Positions 1-13,987 are shown, counted from the first letter of the stretch. The stretch: 64,000 bases of DNA from Callorhinchus milii (GCF_018977255.1 NW_024704742.1:101310001-101374000), one strand, 5' to 3'. A program made the numbers and translations. Notes: generated by a model from the sequence alone, not told the origin.

Positions 1-849
1 AGGAGTGATGAGAAGATTCAAAGGTTTTGAGACATCCTCCTGATGTGAAAGGTGATATATAAATGTAAATTGTAACAATCTCCAATCAGGCATACTCCAC
101 CTTTGTGAGGAGCAACCCATAAGTAACCCAGCACTCACACAAGAGAAGTGTTCAGGTTGCAAAAGGCAAGAGAAATCACATCGCACAGCAGGCGCTATCT
201 CTGTTGCATGCTGCACAGTATTAATAAATGATGGATCTCCAGAAAGTAATCTATTTTTGTGATTTGTTTAGTCTCCCATAAGTCAGAAGTGATAAATGTA
301 GAGGAAAAGTAAAAGGCTTTGCTGAGCAATAGAACAACACAAATATTGGGTAGCAATGGTGATAGTCCATGGAGAGTGCCATGTTTGAAGGTCAATGAAA
401 TGTTTGACAAGATGCTTGCGGATGTGCTGACTTCTACTGCTGAAGCTGTTCATTTTCTTATAGCTCTGTACCCTCAGACTCTCCTTGTAAAATCAGGCTT
501 TAGTGTGCATCCCCTTGCATTTCTATAGTAAGATCATTGACATTGGTGTGCAATGCACAGCACACTAGACCAATTGTGATGACCTTTATAACAACAACAT
601 GGATTTGTATAGTGCCCTTCACGCAGGGTAGTGTCTTGGAGTGGTTAAGAGTAGCAGAGCTTGACACCGAACATCAGAATGATCCAGGCAATGAACATCA
701 CAGTCTAAAACACAATTGGGTAAAACCTGGACCTAAACATTTTTAGAAACATATTAAGGATCACCAATATGTGGTGCCCACTCCACTGCAGGTACGCAAG
801 AAATAAGTTCTACTCAAGGTCTGAGCACTGCTACATGAAACTACCCCGC

Positions 850-1110
850 ATGAGGAATGTTTCCTCGTCCCCTCCGCTCCATTATCGGCAGCCGTGCTTT
901 CAACCACTACACCCCGAATCTCTGCATCTCTCTGTCTCAATCGCTCCACCTTGCCCTCCTTGCCTGTCTTCAGATCACATCTGAAGACTTTCCTATTTGA
1001 TCGTGCCTTCAGTCACATCCCTGTAGCTTGGCAACAAACTGTGCCTCTGTTAAACACTCTGAGATGATGCCTGTGTAAAGGACGATGTATAAGTGCAAGT
1101 TGTTGTTTTT
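850..1110 (+). mobile_element. Old L2 3' end
   Basis: cacatctgaagactttcctatttga (HLKTFLF motif) and tataagtgcaagttgttg tail. Confidence 0.7.
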
Positions 1111-1689
1111 ACCTTGAGGTGAGTAATCCTGCTTATAAATTTTAGGTCCCATTTTGGGCTCTATATTATTTGTTTGGCTAATATTATTTATTAAGGTTGA
1201 AATAGCAGGGATTTCGGGCTTCCTGAGGTTAATGAACCTTAGAGAAACTGATATTAAACACAAAAAATAGAGTCTGATTATAACGGCTTAAAGTTTTCAC
1301 AATTGGATTGCTTGACTCAGGGTAAAAATAAAATGACAGCAAGCAGATCCAAATTAGCATAAACCTCTTATATGGGTAGGGGCACCATCTTACAGTGTTC
1401 CTAAGTTTATTGTAAATGTTGCCCACTATTCAAAACAGGGGTCACAAAGAGCAATTCCTGCTTACCGAAACTGAATCATGCTAACCTATGGAACTCCGCT
1501 CCATTGCAATCTACAATCGATAGCCATGTAACCCCCATGCCTCCGATTGGCATGTCCACTTATATACATTATTGATGCTGCAGTGAAGTCAGGCTGCAAA
1601 GTTGGCAAATGAAATTGGTTACACATGTGGGCAGAAATTAACTGAGTGCTACAATGTAGAGATCTGATCTACCTAAATTTAGGATTAGA

Positions 1690-2050
1690 GAGAGGGATAC
1701 ACACACAAAGGCAGAAAAAGTGACGCACACATATCAATCAACACCGCCAGTCAGGAAAGCGGAGCGAGACAACCATACAAACAATTAGAAAGGCAGAGAG
1801 AGCCACCACAGATGAATGACAGAGAAAGAGACACACAAAACCACACAGAGCTGCTAGATGGCAAAGAGAGAGAAAGTGATTCATACAGAGTGAAAGAAAA
1901 GACACACAAACAAAAATAGAGAGTTAGAGAGAACACACAAACACATAGTTTGAGACGACACACACACAAATAGAGAGAACCACACACATTTAGAGAGAAC
2001 ATACAAGCAAACAGGCAGAGTTAGAGAGAACACACATACACATACAAACA
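1690..2050 (+). repeat. Degenerate (GA)/(CA) low-complexity repeat
   Basis: Recurrent agagttagagagaacacaca units. Confidence 0.85.
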
Positions 2051-2470
2051 TGGCATGGAGTTTCCTCGGTGTCTGGATGTGCTTTCCTTCTACACCAAAT
2101 AAATGAAACCAGCTCCCATTGTCTTTATGTTCAAAAATAATAATAATCCTTGCATTTGATACTGCGCCTCATTATGTCTTCAAGTGCTTGTGCAGCAAGA
2201 AAATAAATGTTTTCCTAGCATTAGATCTGTTGATCAGAACCTTAGTGTAAAACAATCTGAACATTGGAAATAAAACGTGTGCTAAGCATAAACTATCTTG
2301 AGTACATTATTGCACGTGGCTTCACTAATTGCTTGTGACCTGGAGTCAACAAGTTTCGATTGCTTCTATCAATTTTTGGGGCTTCAAACATTAGCACTTT
2401 TATGCAGAATATTGAAGTTAATTGAAAGAACAAAAGTACTAACTGTTGTCAAATGTTATGCCTCAGGTGA

Positions 2471-2850
2471 CAACCTGGCTCAGTTAGTATCATACTCATC
2501 TTTAAGTAAGAAGATTGTAGATTCAAGCCCCGTGCTTTGAACTCACAGTCTAAGATGACACAGTGTTGAGAGATCGGTGCATTGCTAGAGTTGACATCCA
2601 TTGAATGAGATATTAAGCCAAGTCAGATCCCATCAGGGAGACATTAAAGATCCTCTGGCACTACTTCAAAGGAGAAAGGAATTGATCCCATTATCAGGTT
2701 TACAATCCCCCAAATAAAAATCACTTCATGACAGTTTGTGGGGTACTGCTGTAGCACAAATTGGCTATCGTCTTTGCCTTCAAAGACATAGTCACTATAC
2801 TTCAGAGTCAAACCCTGTGAAGCACTTTAAAATGTAAGGATTATTATAAG
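2471..2850 (+). mobile_element. Old DeuSINE-like element
   Basis: tRNA-like head ctggctcagttagta; Deu core gtttgtgggg...cacaaattggct. Confidence 0.7.
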
Positions 2851-3054
2851 TGGAATTGTTTCTCTGTAAGTTACAGTTAATACACAAGCATCAAGAATAT
2901 CAGAGCCAAAGTAACAGATGCAACACTTGTTCTCTTTAGTCAGTTTTTGTGAAATACCCCTTTCAATTTGTGGAGACTGATCAGTACAGTATTTGGCAGA
3001 TATGGAAAAACACTTAATAATAACAACTTACATTTATATAGTGCCTTTCACGTC

Positions 3055-3640
3055 CCCCATATGGCATGCCCCACCATCAGTGGTCGGGCCTTCAGTCTGT
3101 CTGCCTCCACCCTTTCAAAATCCATCCCACAGTCTCTTCGGTTCACTCCCTCCGTTGCCTCCTTCAAGGCATGTCTCAAGAGGCTCCTCTTTGACTGAGC
3201 CTTCAGTCACCCTCCTACCTCCCTGCCCTGCACCTCTCCTAATCTCAACCGTCTTCTTGGGTCCAAATCCCTGACTGTTCAGTACCTTGGACCACCTTCC
3301 CGACATGAAAGGAGTTTTACAAATATAATTTATTGTTGCTGTTATCGTGTCGGAGGTGCTGTCCTTTGGATAAGATGTTAAACAAGGTCTCATCTGCCTG
3401 TTCCGGTGGACGATAAAGATCCTACGGCACTTTTTAAAAACAGAAGGGGCTTCAGTGTCCTGGCCAACAATCCCCCAAATAAAATTGATCATTCACTTCA
3501 ATGCTGTTTGTGGGACACTGCTGTACACGAATGTATTGCCAAGTTTGCCTACAAATACAGTCACCCCATTTCATAGTAAATCCAGCGAAGAGCTTTAAGA
3601 CTTCTTCTGACATCAAAATGCAGAGACTATGTGCAAGGTA
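3055..3640 (+). mobile_element. L2 3' end (3055-3340) followed by a DeuSINE body (3345-3640)
   Basis: ASFKACLKRLLFD; then gtgtcctggccaacaatcccccaaat...gtttgtgggacactgctgt. Confidence 0.75.
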
Positions 3641-4098
3641 AGCTGCTGCTTGTTTTTTGTTCTCGCGAGCCCTGTAGCAACCCCAGAGTGAAGAACTGAA
3701 GACAGTACCAAGGATGGAAACTGAATTTACCACCAGACGGTGTCAAACTGAATATTTTATACCTCAGGTCAAATCATTGTTAAAAGCCAAAATGAGAATA
3801 ACATTTCTTCAAGACAGATAGTTATCACTGATATGTAGTGCATACCAAAGCCCCCTAAGAGCACAATTTGTGGGATTTCTGTAAGTTACATGCCCTCCTT
3901 ATTTAATAGTAACATACAGTAAAATCCAAGAGAAGGGTGGTGGGAAGGTAAAATGCAGCATGTGATAGTAATACATCAAAAATTTGGTCAAGAACAATCA
4001 GTAGGTATCTCTGGCATCAGACTAATGGAAGGGAAGAGCTTCACTCCTGACGAGCGATAACTGCATGTTTAGTCACTGTTTTAATATCACCGGTGATT

Positions 4099-4925
4099 AC
4101 AACAACAACAAAATGACATTTGTATAGTGTCTTTCACATCGGGAGGATGTCCCAAGGCGCTGGACAGGCAGAGTTACGGACCCAAACCGAGGGTCGGGGT
4201 GGGGGAGAATGGAGGGCAGGGGTGGAAGCAGGGAGATTGAAAGCATGGTCGAAGAGGAGGGTCTTGAGGTGGGTCTTGAAGGTGGCGAGGGAGGAGGCAA
4301 GATGAAGGGACTGGGGGATGGATTCCACAGGGTTGTTGCAGAATGGCGGAAGGCCCGCCCGCCGATATTGGGGCGAGCAAGGTTGGGGACGTGCAGCAGA
4401 CCGGAGCCTGCTGAGCAGAGGGAGCGAACAGGGTGGTAGGGGGTAGCAAGACTGTGGAGGGCTTTGAAGGTGAGGACAAGGATCTTGAGCTGTATCCTCT
4501 GTGTGATGGGAAGCCAGGTGTGATAGGGTCGTGGAGCCTAGTGTGGGAGAGGACACGGGCTGCAGAGTTCTGGATGATCTGCAGCCTGTGAAGGGAGGAG
4601 TTGGGGAGGCCAACAATTGGTGAGTTTGCATAGTCAAGCCTGGATGTATTGAAGGTGTGTATGAGGGCTTCGGTGGCCTGCGGTGTGAGACAGTGTCGGA
4701 GCCAGGCGACATTGCGGAGGTGGAGGAAGGCAGAACAGTTCATGGTGCCGATGTGGGGTAGAAAGGATAGTTGAGGGTCAAAAAAGACCCCAAGGTTCTG
4801 GACTGGCTTAGCAAGGTAGAGTGTGCAACCATGGATGGTGATGCTGTCAGCGCCTGATGTGAGGAGGCGCTGACGGGAGCCAATCAGGAGAGCCTCGGTC
4901 TTATTGACGTTCAACTGAAGAAAGA
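4099..4925 (-). mobile_element. L2 LINE 3' fragment
   Basis: FLQLNVNKTEALLIG...VQNLGVFFDPQLSF...SRLDYANS...LQIIQNSAARVL; (TTG)n tail. Confidence 0.93.
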
Positions 4926-7644
4926 AATTGTTTAAAATACTGCATCCACCATGCCCACTCTCCTCCATTTTAATAAATAGAACTCCTTAGAATAAAACAC
5001 TTCTATTGTTTCAGTTATTAAATGTCTTCAGTTAGAGATGTTAATCCAGGATAAGGAAGCTGCACTACAATTGGAATATTTTAGGATCATTAAGGTGATT
5101 GATATTAATGCTCAGAAATAGAATATGGTACTTTTAGAGACATCCATTGTCAGGGTCAAAGACTCCAAGGTCAGGTACAGTTCATTGAAGAATGCAGCTC
5201 CCTCTGTCATGGCCCAACTTCAGAAGATGATCCTCAATTCAACTTGTAACATTTTCCCATTTTCTCGACAGCTATTGTGGCCTCTCTGAGTAAGACTGTA
5301 ATGAAATGCCAAATTTGGGTCACTTTCCTGCTGTGGTTTTCTGCAGTGACACTTTTCTCCTGTGTCAACCAGAGACCAGTTTGCAATTGCTCAAAGTCAC
5401 TTGATATATGACTTACTGCTATCAGCTAGAGAAGACATCAGGGTGGGTTGGATTCAAAGCCTAGAGATACCATATCACAATGCAATTCACGCTTAAAGCT
5501 TTTAATCACCATCACAATTGTGTTCTTTATTCTAAAGCCTTCAGCAATGTGTTCCAGATAGAATCTAAAGTCTGTCCTAGTTTCATGAAGGCAGATTTTT
5601 TCAAATATTCTCTTTAAATAATCATTTCGTACATATGTCATTGTCACATGGACTTGAAAAAAATCGCAGCTGAACTTTGTTACTTTTTGCCACAGTTTCT
5701 TCTCAAGATTTTGATCCCAGAAGGTTACCAGATGGCATCTTTATTTATAGACCAGCGAGTTTCCGTAGATGCCATGTATTTCCTGTTATAAAATATGCAT
5801 TTTAAAAATGATTGACAAATCAGAATTAGAAATGTATCTAAGAAATTCATCAATTAGCATAAGTTCTTAATATTTATGAGATATGTTTTAAATACACGGT
5901 GTCTATAAGATTGTTATGGAGGGCAATTGGGCAGAGTGGTCTCAGGTCATGAGGTATCAACTTAATACAGTACAGAACAAATACCACAAGTAACCATGAT
6001 TTGCATAAAATTTTAATATGTATGAGTTTTGCTTTAAATACAAGTGTGATTGAATCTGGAAAGATTGGAAGTGTGCTTAACGCGCTCAAATATTTAGTAA
6101 GCAACTTAAGACAGAATAAGTACTTATTGGGACATGATTTTACATTAGAATAGATTAGAAAATATTAGACTATACAGCACAGAAACAGGCCATTCGGCCC
6201 AATTGGTCTATGCCGGTGTTTATGTTCCATGTGAGCCTCTTCTTACCCTTCTTCAACTAAGCTTTCAAGCATAACCTTCCATTCATTTCTCCCTCATGTA
6301 CCTATCTAGCTTTCCCTTAAATACATCTATGCTATTTTCTTCAACAACAATAATTTATTTTCCTAGCAAGTTCCACATTCCCACTATTCGCTGTGAAAAG
6401 AAATTTCTTCTAACTTCCCTATTTGATCTAATTGTAACTATTTTATATTGATGGCCCCTGGTTTTGGTCTTCCCCACAAGTGGAAACATCTTCCCTATTA
6501 TCTACCCTATCAAAACCTTTCATAATTTTAAAGACCTCTATCAGGTTACTCCTTACCCTCCTCTTTTCAAGAGAAAAGAGTACAAGCACGTTCAGCCTTT
6601 CCTGATAGATATAAACTCTCAGTTCTGGGATCATCTTTGTGAATCTCCTTTGCACCCTCTCCAGTGCCTCTACATCCCTTCTATAATGTGGGGATCAGAA
6701 CTGCACACAGTATTCTATGTGTGGTCTAACCAAGCTTCTATAGAAGTTTACCATAACTTCCCTGGTTTTCATTTCTTTCCCTCTAGAAATGAACCCCAAT
6801 GCCTGGTTTGCCTTTTTTATGGTCTTATTAACCTGCGTTGCTACTTTTAGTGAATTGTGTATGTGTACTTTTAGATCCCTTTGCTCCTCTACTCCACTTA
6901 CATCTTTATTTTCTAGGATATATGTGACTTATTCCTTCTACCAAAATGTACCACCTCACACATTTCTACATTGAAATGCATTTGCCATTTAAATACCCAT
7001 TCAGCAAGTTTATTAATGTCTTGCTGTAATTTGTGGCAGTCCTCCTCTGTATTAACCACTCCCCCCAATTTGGTGTCGTCTGCAAATTTTGAAATTGTAC
7101 TGCTGATTCTCGAGTCCAAATCATTAATGTATATTGTGAACAACAGTGGTCCCAATATTGATCCTTGTGGAACACCACTGCCCACCTCCTGCCAGTCTGA
7201 GTAGCTACCCTTTACCCCTACTTTCTGTTTTCTATTTTGTAGCCAGCTTGCTATCCATTTGTTATTTTTCTCCTGACTCCACATGCTCTGACCTTATTCA
7301 TTAATCTATTATGTGGTACCTTATCGAACGTCTTTTGGAAATCTAAATACATTACATCTACTTTTTAATATATAATCCCTTGTCTACTCTTTCTGTTACC
7401 CCTTCAAAGAATTCAATGAGGTTGATCAAGCATGACCTTCATTTTTGAAATCTGTGCTGACTATTCTTTAACATGTTTTCCGTTTCTAGATGTTTTTCTA
7501 TTACCTCCTGCAGGAAGGATTCCACTATCTTTCCTACCACCGATGTCTATAGTTCCCTGGGCTTGTTCTGTCTCCCTTTTTAAATATAGGTATATTAGTT
7601 ATCCTCCAGTCCTCTGGCACTACTCCCTTTTCTAATGAGCTGTT

Positions 7645-8148
7645 GAGTCCTATAGCTCAGTGGTTAGAGCACTTGCTTTGCAAGCTACCTCTGTCATAGC
7701 CCAACTTTCATGGCATTTCGCCCACAAATAATAATGATAATAATCCTTGCATTTGATATAGCGCTTTTCACGTCTTCTAGATGTCCCAAAGCGCTTCACA
7801 GAATATACTGTAAAGTGAATTGACTGTATATTTGTGGGCGAACGCGGCAGCCAATTGCGCACAGCTGTGTCCCACAAACAGTCGTAGATTGAAAATGACC
7901 GATTTATTATTGTTTTGTTTTTTGGAGGGGTTATTATTAGGCGTGTGGAGTAAGGAAACTTGCCCAAGGTTTCGCCCTGCCTGGAATTGAACTCAGGTCT
8001 CTCGCTTGCAAAGCGAGTGCTCTAACCACTGAGCTACAGGACTCCAAATGTACAGTCAATTCATTTTACAGTCTATTCTGTGAAGCGCATCGAGACGTCT
8101 AGAAGACGTGAAAGCTGTATATCAAAATGCAAGGATTATTATTATTAT
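7645..8148 (+). mobile_element. Internally shortened tRNA SINE (head 7645-7685, tail 8046-8148) hosting the antisense SINE
   Basis: Head gagtcctatagctcagtggttagagc; ttcgcccacaaat resumes after the insert as aaatgtacagtcaattc...gcaaggattattatt. Confidence 0.8.
7727..8045 (-). mobile_element. Young full-length tRNA SINE, inserted antisense in another SINE
   Basis: Reverse complement of the 55201/56511 family, ending ...gagctacaggactcc. Confidence 0.92.
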
Positions 8149-8619
8149 ATATGTGTGATAGCGTCTCTGCTATCTCTTCCCTTGATTCTTTTAATATACG
8201 CAGATGCAATCTATCTGGACCGGCGTTTTATCCTCTCTGAGTTTCGCTAGTTTTTTGATTATATTATCCCCTTTGTATTTATATTATTTTCAATCTCTTC
8301 TTCTACTGTCATGTCCACCTGATCCATCTTCCTGGTGAATACTGAAGCAAAATAATTATTTAATATTTCTGCCATTTCGCTGTCGCGGTCTGTGAGCTTA
8401 TCGTGTCCATCCCTTAGTTGCCCTATTCCTATTTAGATTTTTCTTTTGTTATTTATATGTCTTTGGAATATTTTGGTTGATTTGTAGCACAGTATGGGGT
8501 AGGTGATGCTAATTGGTGGGAACACAGCCGAGGGAAGGAATAGTGAAGATATGAGGATGTCCTCCAAACGTGAAAGGCGCTCTATAAATGAAATCTTCTT
8601 GTTCTTGTTGTTTTTTATC

Positions 8620-9060
8620 TTTGGGGGTCTGTATCTATAAAGACCCTGCTACACCACTAATAACAATGTCAGTCTTTCACATTTAGGCTGTCTATCTATA
8701 GCTGCCAACCCTCTCTTCTTGGGAGAAATTTGGCCACATCTACATGCATCCTGAGCACAAGCTCACCTCTCTCGGACTCCAATCTTGCAGGTTCATGTGC
8801 CAGGAGCTCAGAACCACAAAAGAGAACAGATCTTATATGCCACAAGCTTGAACTACATAGGGACCTCGCTGACATTGAAGGGAGACAAGCATGATAAGAT
8901 TTCCTTTTGCCCTTCTCTGCAAGGTCCTTCAGGACATTTTCCAAGCAATAGTTGGTGTCCACTTCAACACCCAGGTACTGATAAGAAACAACAATTGGCA
9001 CCAAAGTTCCTTGTATCTTCGAATTAACACCTGTGATATTTTTTTGAGCCATGCAGAACA
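8620..9060 (-). mobile_element. Ancient non-LTR retrotransposon RT C-terminal remnant, clade uncertain
   Basis: IVVSYQYLGVEVD resembles the YLG motif; VLFCGSELL resembles LxYGxExW. Confidence 0.5.
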
Positions 9061-10739
9061 ATGATTTTATATTTGGGAGCAGCCACCACCATGTCCAACT
9101 AGGTGACCCAGTGTTCAAGAGGATAAATGGAGTGCAAAAGATTCCCAGGTGAGTCTGCCAGCAGCATAATATCATCCCATGACACATACACAGCCTTTCC
9201 ACTTGGCTCTATATCCTGTGAAGCACTTTAAGATTTCCTCCTGATGTCAAAGATGGCAAATCAAATGTAAGAATTATTATTTATTATTTGGTGTTATGAT
9301 TATGTGCTAAGCTTGCTCAGGTGCTGAGTTGTCGCTCTGTGGCATCACCTTAAGGCAACGGAAATCTCTTTCTGAAACATGTTACCAACTGGCCGGAACT
9401 GCTAGTTGATTTCATATTGTGTACCTGAAATCTCTTTTATGATGCTCATTCAATACTAATTTTCTATTGATCAACAATAAAAACTCAGAACTTAAAATCT
9501 TATCAGAAGCCAAATTGTTTGTGGAAGAGTTTTAGAATGAAAGGCAATACGCTTGTTCAGTGTTACATGGTGATTGTAAGATAAAAGTTAATTATAAATT
9601 AAGTTCAAATTATATTGTCATTGCATTTTCCCCAAATTTCTTTCCAAACATTGAGAACATATGAATGTCGAATAGAACATTCAATCCAGTTTGCTACATC
9701 ATGTGGGTAGGATCTAATCTGTTCAATTACACAATCATCTTCATCCTAAACCAGATTCATTCCTATTTTCTCCCTCAAAGACCCTCTGGCTTTTGCCAAT
9801 TTGCACCCAATACTCTCTGGAATTAGATAAAAGGGTGTACCTTCAAGAGAGAGTGTGCATTTCCAGTCCAGACACTTTTCATGTGTTGGTTGCATGCATA
9901 TGTGGAACTATTAAACTGGTTTAGATACTCTTAAGCGATTGGTTTCTGCATGTATCAGATGCCCGGCTGACCAAAAGAAAAACTTCAGAATATAGTAGGT
10001 GGTCAACAAAATTGGGATTTAAAGTCAAATTTTCCTGTCAAATATCTATCTTCATCATCAGAGTGGGACAAATTGGTTTTGTGTGAAGTGAACTGGAGTC
10101 TTACTAAGTTGTGTGTTTCTTTTACCCCATTCATAGCCATGAAAGGTGCAATATTAGTAGAAAATATTAACAGAGAATTTTAAATTGAGGTAGAACAGCC
10201 AAATTAGTTTTGGCATGGTTTCATTGGCAGTAAAATAGCTGTTTTATTTCTACTAAGTCTTATTCCTGCCTCTTTAAATAGTACAGTTTAGCAGTTCCCG
10301 CATAAACTAGCAATAGCAACAGTTCATGCCAGCAGTGGACCATTGGATCATCTGGCCAACCCATCTGATTTCTCAAGAGGTTCCTTCATTGCCCATTTTT
10401 CAGCAGTTTTAACACCTGACCTTTTGAATTCCCAGCAACACGTTTATTTTTTGAACCACTTTATAGTTGTTCATTCTATGCTTTGAGTTTTTACTTTGTT
10501 TTCTATGCAATGAAGGTGCAACAATAGTGGGGAATGTTCTTAACTTGCTTGTCACATCATTTTTTAAATGATGCATAATTGCAGAATGATTTTCTTTACA
10601 AAAATAACTGATCAGGTTAAAACAATTTATTTGAGATGTATAAGCCAGGCTAGTCCCAGTTTTAATTCATGGTTTGTCTTGGTAAATCTTACACCGCCAA
10701 CACCCAACCCACTTGAACAAAAAACTGGGTTAGGGATGG

Positions 10740-10985
10740 GGGGTTTGAGAAACACCTGGATTTCCATTCCTGATCATAATCATAATCCTTGCTGGAAAGT
10801 ATGTGTACGTGAGAATGTGCGGACATTGGGTGAGGACAACAGACTATCAGGCTTGGCTGGGATGCCTCAGCAGATAAACAGAGTGCTGACACTCGCTGTC
10901 TGGACTTACACATAAAGAATGGTGACTTTGGTAGTGTTGCCAGAAGACAGCCCTGGAAGCCAGCATTTTAGGAGGGGAGAAACTA
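10740..10985 (+). mobile_element. Ancient SINE-like repeat, AmnSINE2-like by recall
   Basis: ggacattgggtgaggaca...ggcttggctgggatgcc...gacactcgctgtctgg...aagaatgg; related copies at about 20250-20520 (+), 22400-22660 (-), 25000-25590 (-, split by a DeuSINE) and 35720-36000 (+). Confidence 0.5.
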
Positions 10986-12029
10986 TATTTTTTGAGGGGA
11001 GGAGGAGAATTCTTTTATATGTAAAAATAGTGTTGGAGGGGAAGGAGCTAAGAGAAACAAAGCAAGAAGTTCAGTTTTCAGCAGAAATAACTGCAGCTTT
11101 TAAAGAAAACTGAAAAACAGGGTTGAAATTAGCAATGTGCCAAATCTGGAATTCCATCTCGCCCAAGCTTTGTATATTTTTCAAAGTGACAAAAGAAAAT
11201 AAGCATTTATATAGGCCTAGCAACACACCAATTGTGGCATTGTGGTCTTGAAACCTTCTGGTTTGCAGTTAATTATCCTCTTGCGAGTTCATTCTCCTTT
11301 ATCATAAAATACAGTGCCCCCAAATTTCTATTAAAAATACTGCGTGTGGATTCATTGAGAGTAAAACACATTTTTGCAATGAAAATAGTTTCTTTATACA
11401 TGAGGAAAGAAACCCTTTCTAAAACACCCTCGCTTTCTCTAAAGAAAGGGATTGGACTGGGCTCAGTTAGGATATACAGTACGTAACTAATGCACAAAGC
11501 GCAACGGTATGATGTCATTGCAGCTGTAAAAACAAAATGAAGCCCACACGTTGGGTGAGAGTTTCCTTTTGCCAGTGGCTTTTACATCAAGCTACACAGT
11601 CACTATGCCCACTGCAGTTTGATGTCATCATTTCCCCTCGTGGGTCTACCACAATACGACAAGTAAACCTGCAGCCCAATCTGAGGTCTCCACTTAATTT
11701 AGCAGCTGTTTTTCCTCAGCCACCATCACGGAGCAGGGCAAAATGACTGGCAGGCATTTTCAGTCAGCTCCATGTGCAATTACGCAGAGATGACATCAGG
11801 TTAGCCCATCCATCCAATTTCCCACAAGACTTCCTCCAATGCAGGCATTTCTAAAGCAATAACCCTAAATCATTTTATTTACCGTTTTATTTCTCCGGTC
11901 CTTTCTGAAAACCTCACATAGTATCTTCTTCCAAAACTTCTGCTGGTTGTGTGTTCTGCATTCCTATCAGTCTTCTACCAAACAAAATCCATTGGGCATT
12001 TCAAATTCATTTTTTTTGGTCTTTCTTTG

Positions 12030-12663
12030 ATCATAGAATCATAGAATCTTACAGCACAAAAAGAGGCCATTCGGCCCATCGAGTTTGTGCCGGCTCTTTG
12101 AATAGAGCAATTAATGTCAATCCCACTCCCCAGCCTTTTCCCCATACCCTGCAAACCCGTCCTCTTCAAATACCCATCCACCGCGTTTTTAAAAGTAGTT
12201 ATCGAATCGGCCTGGACCATCCTTTCAGGCAATGCGTTCCAGATTCGAACAACTCGCTGCATGAAAAAATTTCTTCTCACCTCCACTCTGCTTCTTTTGG
12301 AGACTGTTTTAAATCTGTGACCTCGAGTCACCGACACACCCACCAATGGAAACAGTTTTTCCCTTTCTAACCTATCAAATCCCCTCATGATTTTGAAGAC
12401 CTCTATTAGGTCTCCTCGTAACCTTCTCTGCTCCAATGAGAATAATCCCAGCCTCTCCAGTCTTTCCTCATAATCAAGGTCCCTCATTCCTGGTACCATC
12501 CTTGTAAATCTCCTCTGCACCCTTTCCAATGCCTTAACATCCTTCCTATAGTGTGGTGCCCAGAACTGGGCGCAGTATTCCAACTGAGGCCTAACCAGTT
12601 TTTTATATAGGTTAATCATAACCTCCTGACTCTTGTACTCTATGTCCCTATTCATAAAGCCTA
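12030..12663 (-). mobile_element. Young CR1 LINE 3' end with uninterrupted ORF2 C-terminus
   Basis: LYKKLVRPQLEYCAQFWAPHYRKDVKALERVQRRFTRM...TRGHRFK...; (ATTCTATG)n tail. Confidence 0.95.
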
Positions 12664-12879
12664 TAAAGCATATCTGTCAATTCATAAAGGTTTTCCACAA
12701 ATATAGAATCTTGTAAGTAATGAGACATTTCTTACAGTCTCGTCCTGGTCTTCTGTTGAACTCCAATCTTGCTCAATCTCCTGCTGGGTACCAGAATCCT
12801 CCTTTGAAAGCAATCTAGTTTCACAGGCGTTGTAAATAAAATTGGTGTCTGAATGGACCGTAATTTGGTATAGGTCTTT

Positions 12880-13140
12880 CACATCATGAGGATGTCCCAA
12901 AGTACTTCACAGGATACAATGCAAAGTGCAGTGACTTTTCTTTTTGTGGGCCAGCACAACAGGCAATTTGTACACAGCAAAGTCCCATAAACAGTCATGA
13001 AGTGAATGAACAATTTTTTTGGGGGGGGGATTGTTGGTCACCAGGAGAAACTCACTTCTCGTTTTGAATAGTGCCATGTGCTCCTCCAACAATGCAGCAC
13101 ACCTCAGCACTGCACTGGAGTGTCAGCTTAGATTATGTGA
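12880..13140 (-). mobile_element. DeuSINE-like element
   Basis: Reverse complement of the Deu core and L2-type tail. Confidence 0.7.
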
Positions 13141-13449
13141 GTTGCAAATCCCAATATAGCTATTCAACAGTAAGGTTATCAAGTTATTAAGGTGCTAGCT
13201 GTACCTATTGTAGCTACACTTGCAACCAAAGGATCCAATATGGAATGCAGATTTCAGTGATACCACTTACAAATCATTTGACATGTTATAAACACTGTGT
13301 GTACACCTTAAGCAAAACAATTGTAGATACTGACTCCATAATGTTTGTATGCTTGTTCATAGAGATGGCGTTTTCAGTGATACTACTCACAAACCATTGA
13401 AGATGAACATGCCATAAAGCCTGTGTGCACACCTTCAGCGAAATTATAT

Positions 13450-13987
13450 ACATAAGAGGAGGAAAAGGGGGAGGGGCAAAAGCCTCAGTTCTGGGTGAGG
13501 CCCCAACTCAAGCCCCAGGCTGCTAGGCTGTGGCATGGAGCAACCGCGGCCTTACTGAGTCAACCATCACCTGTCACTGGCCCAACCTCGGCGTGGCACC
13601 GCCCAGCCCGGGGTCACCCAGGAGCAGCAGGAAAAGCAGCGAACGTCTACCGTCAACACCGCTCAAGGCAACTTCAATGCTGCCATCTTGTTTCCTCCAC
13701 TGGCTTCATATGAGTGCATGCGTGGTGCATGCCACAGCGCCACTAGGTGTTGACACGGCCACCAGGGTAACTGCAGCGTACATGTAACTGCCATCATGTG
13801 TGATGAGCTTGTTTAGATCATAACTCATCAACGATAGGAGATAACCCCCAAACTATATGCCCCTGACATTCCTCCATGCAAGACCTTTCCGATGAGGTAT
13901 AAATCATGTCTTTATGTCAATCGGTTATTGAGTTCTTGGCAATCACACATACAGACAGACTTACATCTTTATTAATATAGAAGAAGA
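13450..13987 (-). mobile_element. Candidate non-autonomous Helitron-like element
   Basis: Minus strand begins A|TCTTCTTCTATATTAATAAAG...GTCTGTCTGTATGTGTG...AACCGATTG; GC-rich body; 3' end not resolved. Confidence 0.4.

Larger units (their letters stand above)
6143..8480 (-). mobile_element. CR1 LINE, 5'-truncated, decayed RT
   Basis: ORF 6913-7284 has SGVPQGSILGPLLFTIYINDL and KFADDTKLGG; ORF 6443-6655 has QRRFTKMIPEL...LIEVFKIMKGFD; (CATTAGAATA)-type tail. Confidence 0.93.

Noticed and set aside
11975..12655. 226-aa ORF as a host gene
   Set aside because: It is the CR1 ORF2 C-terminus of a truncated insertion.
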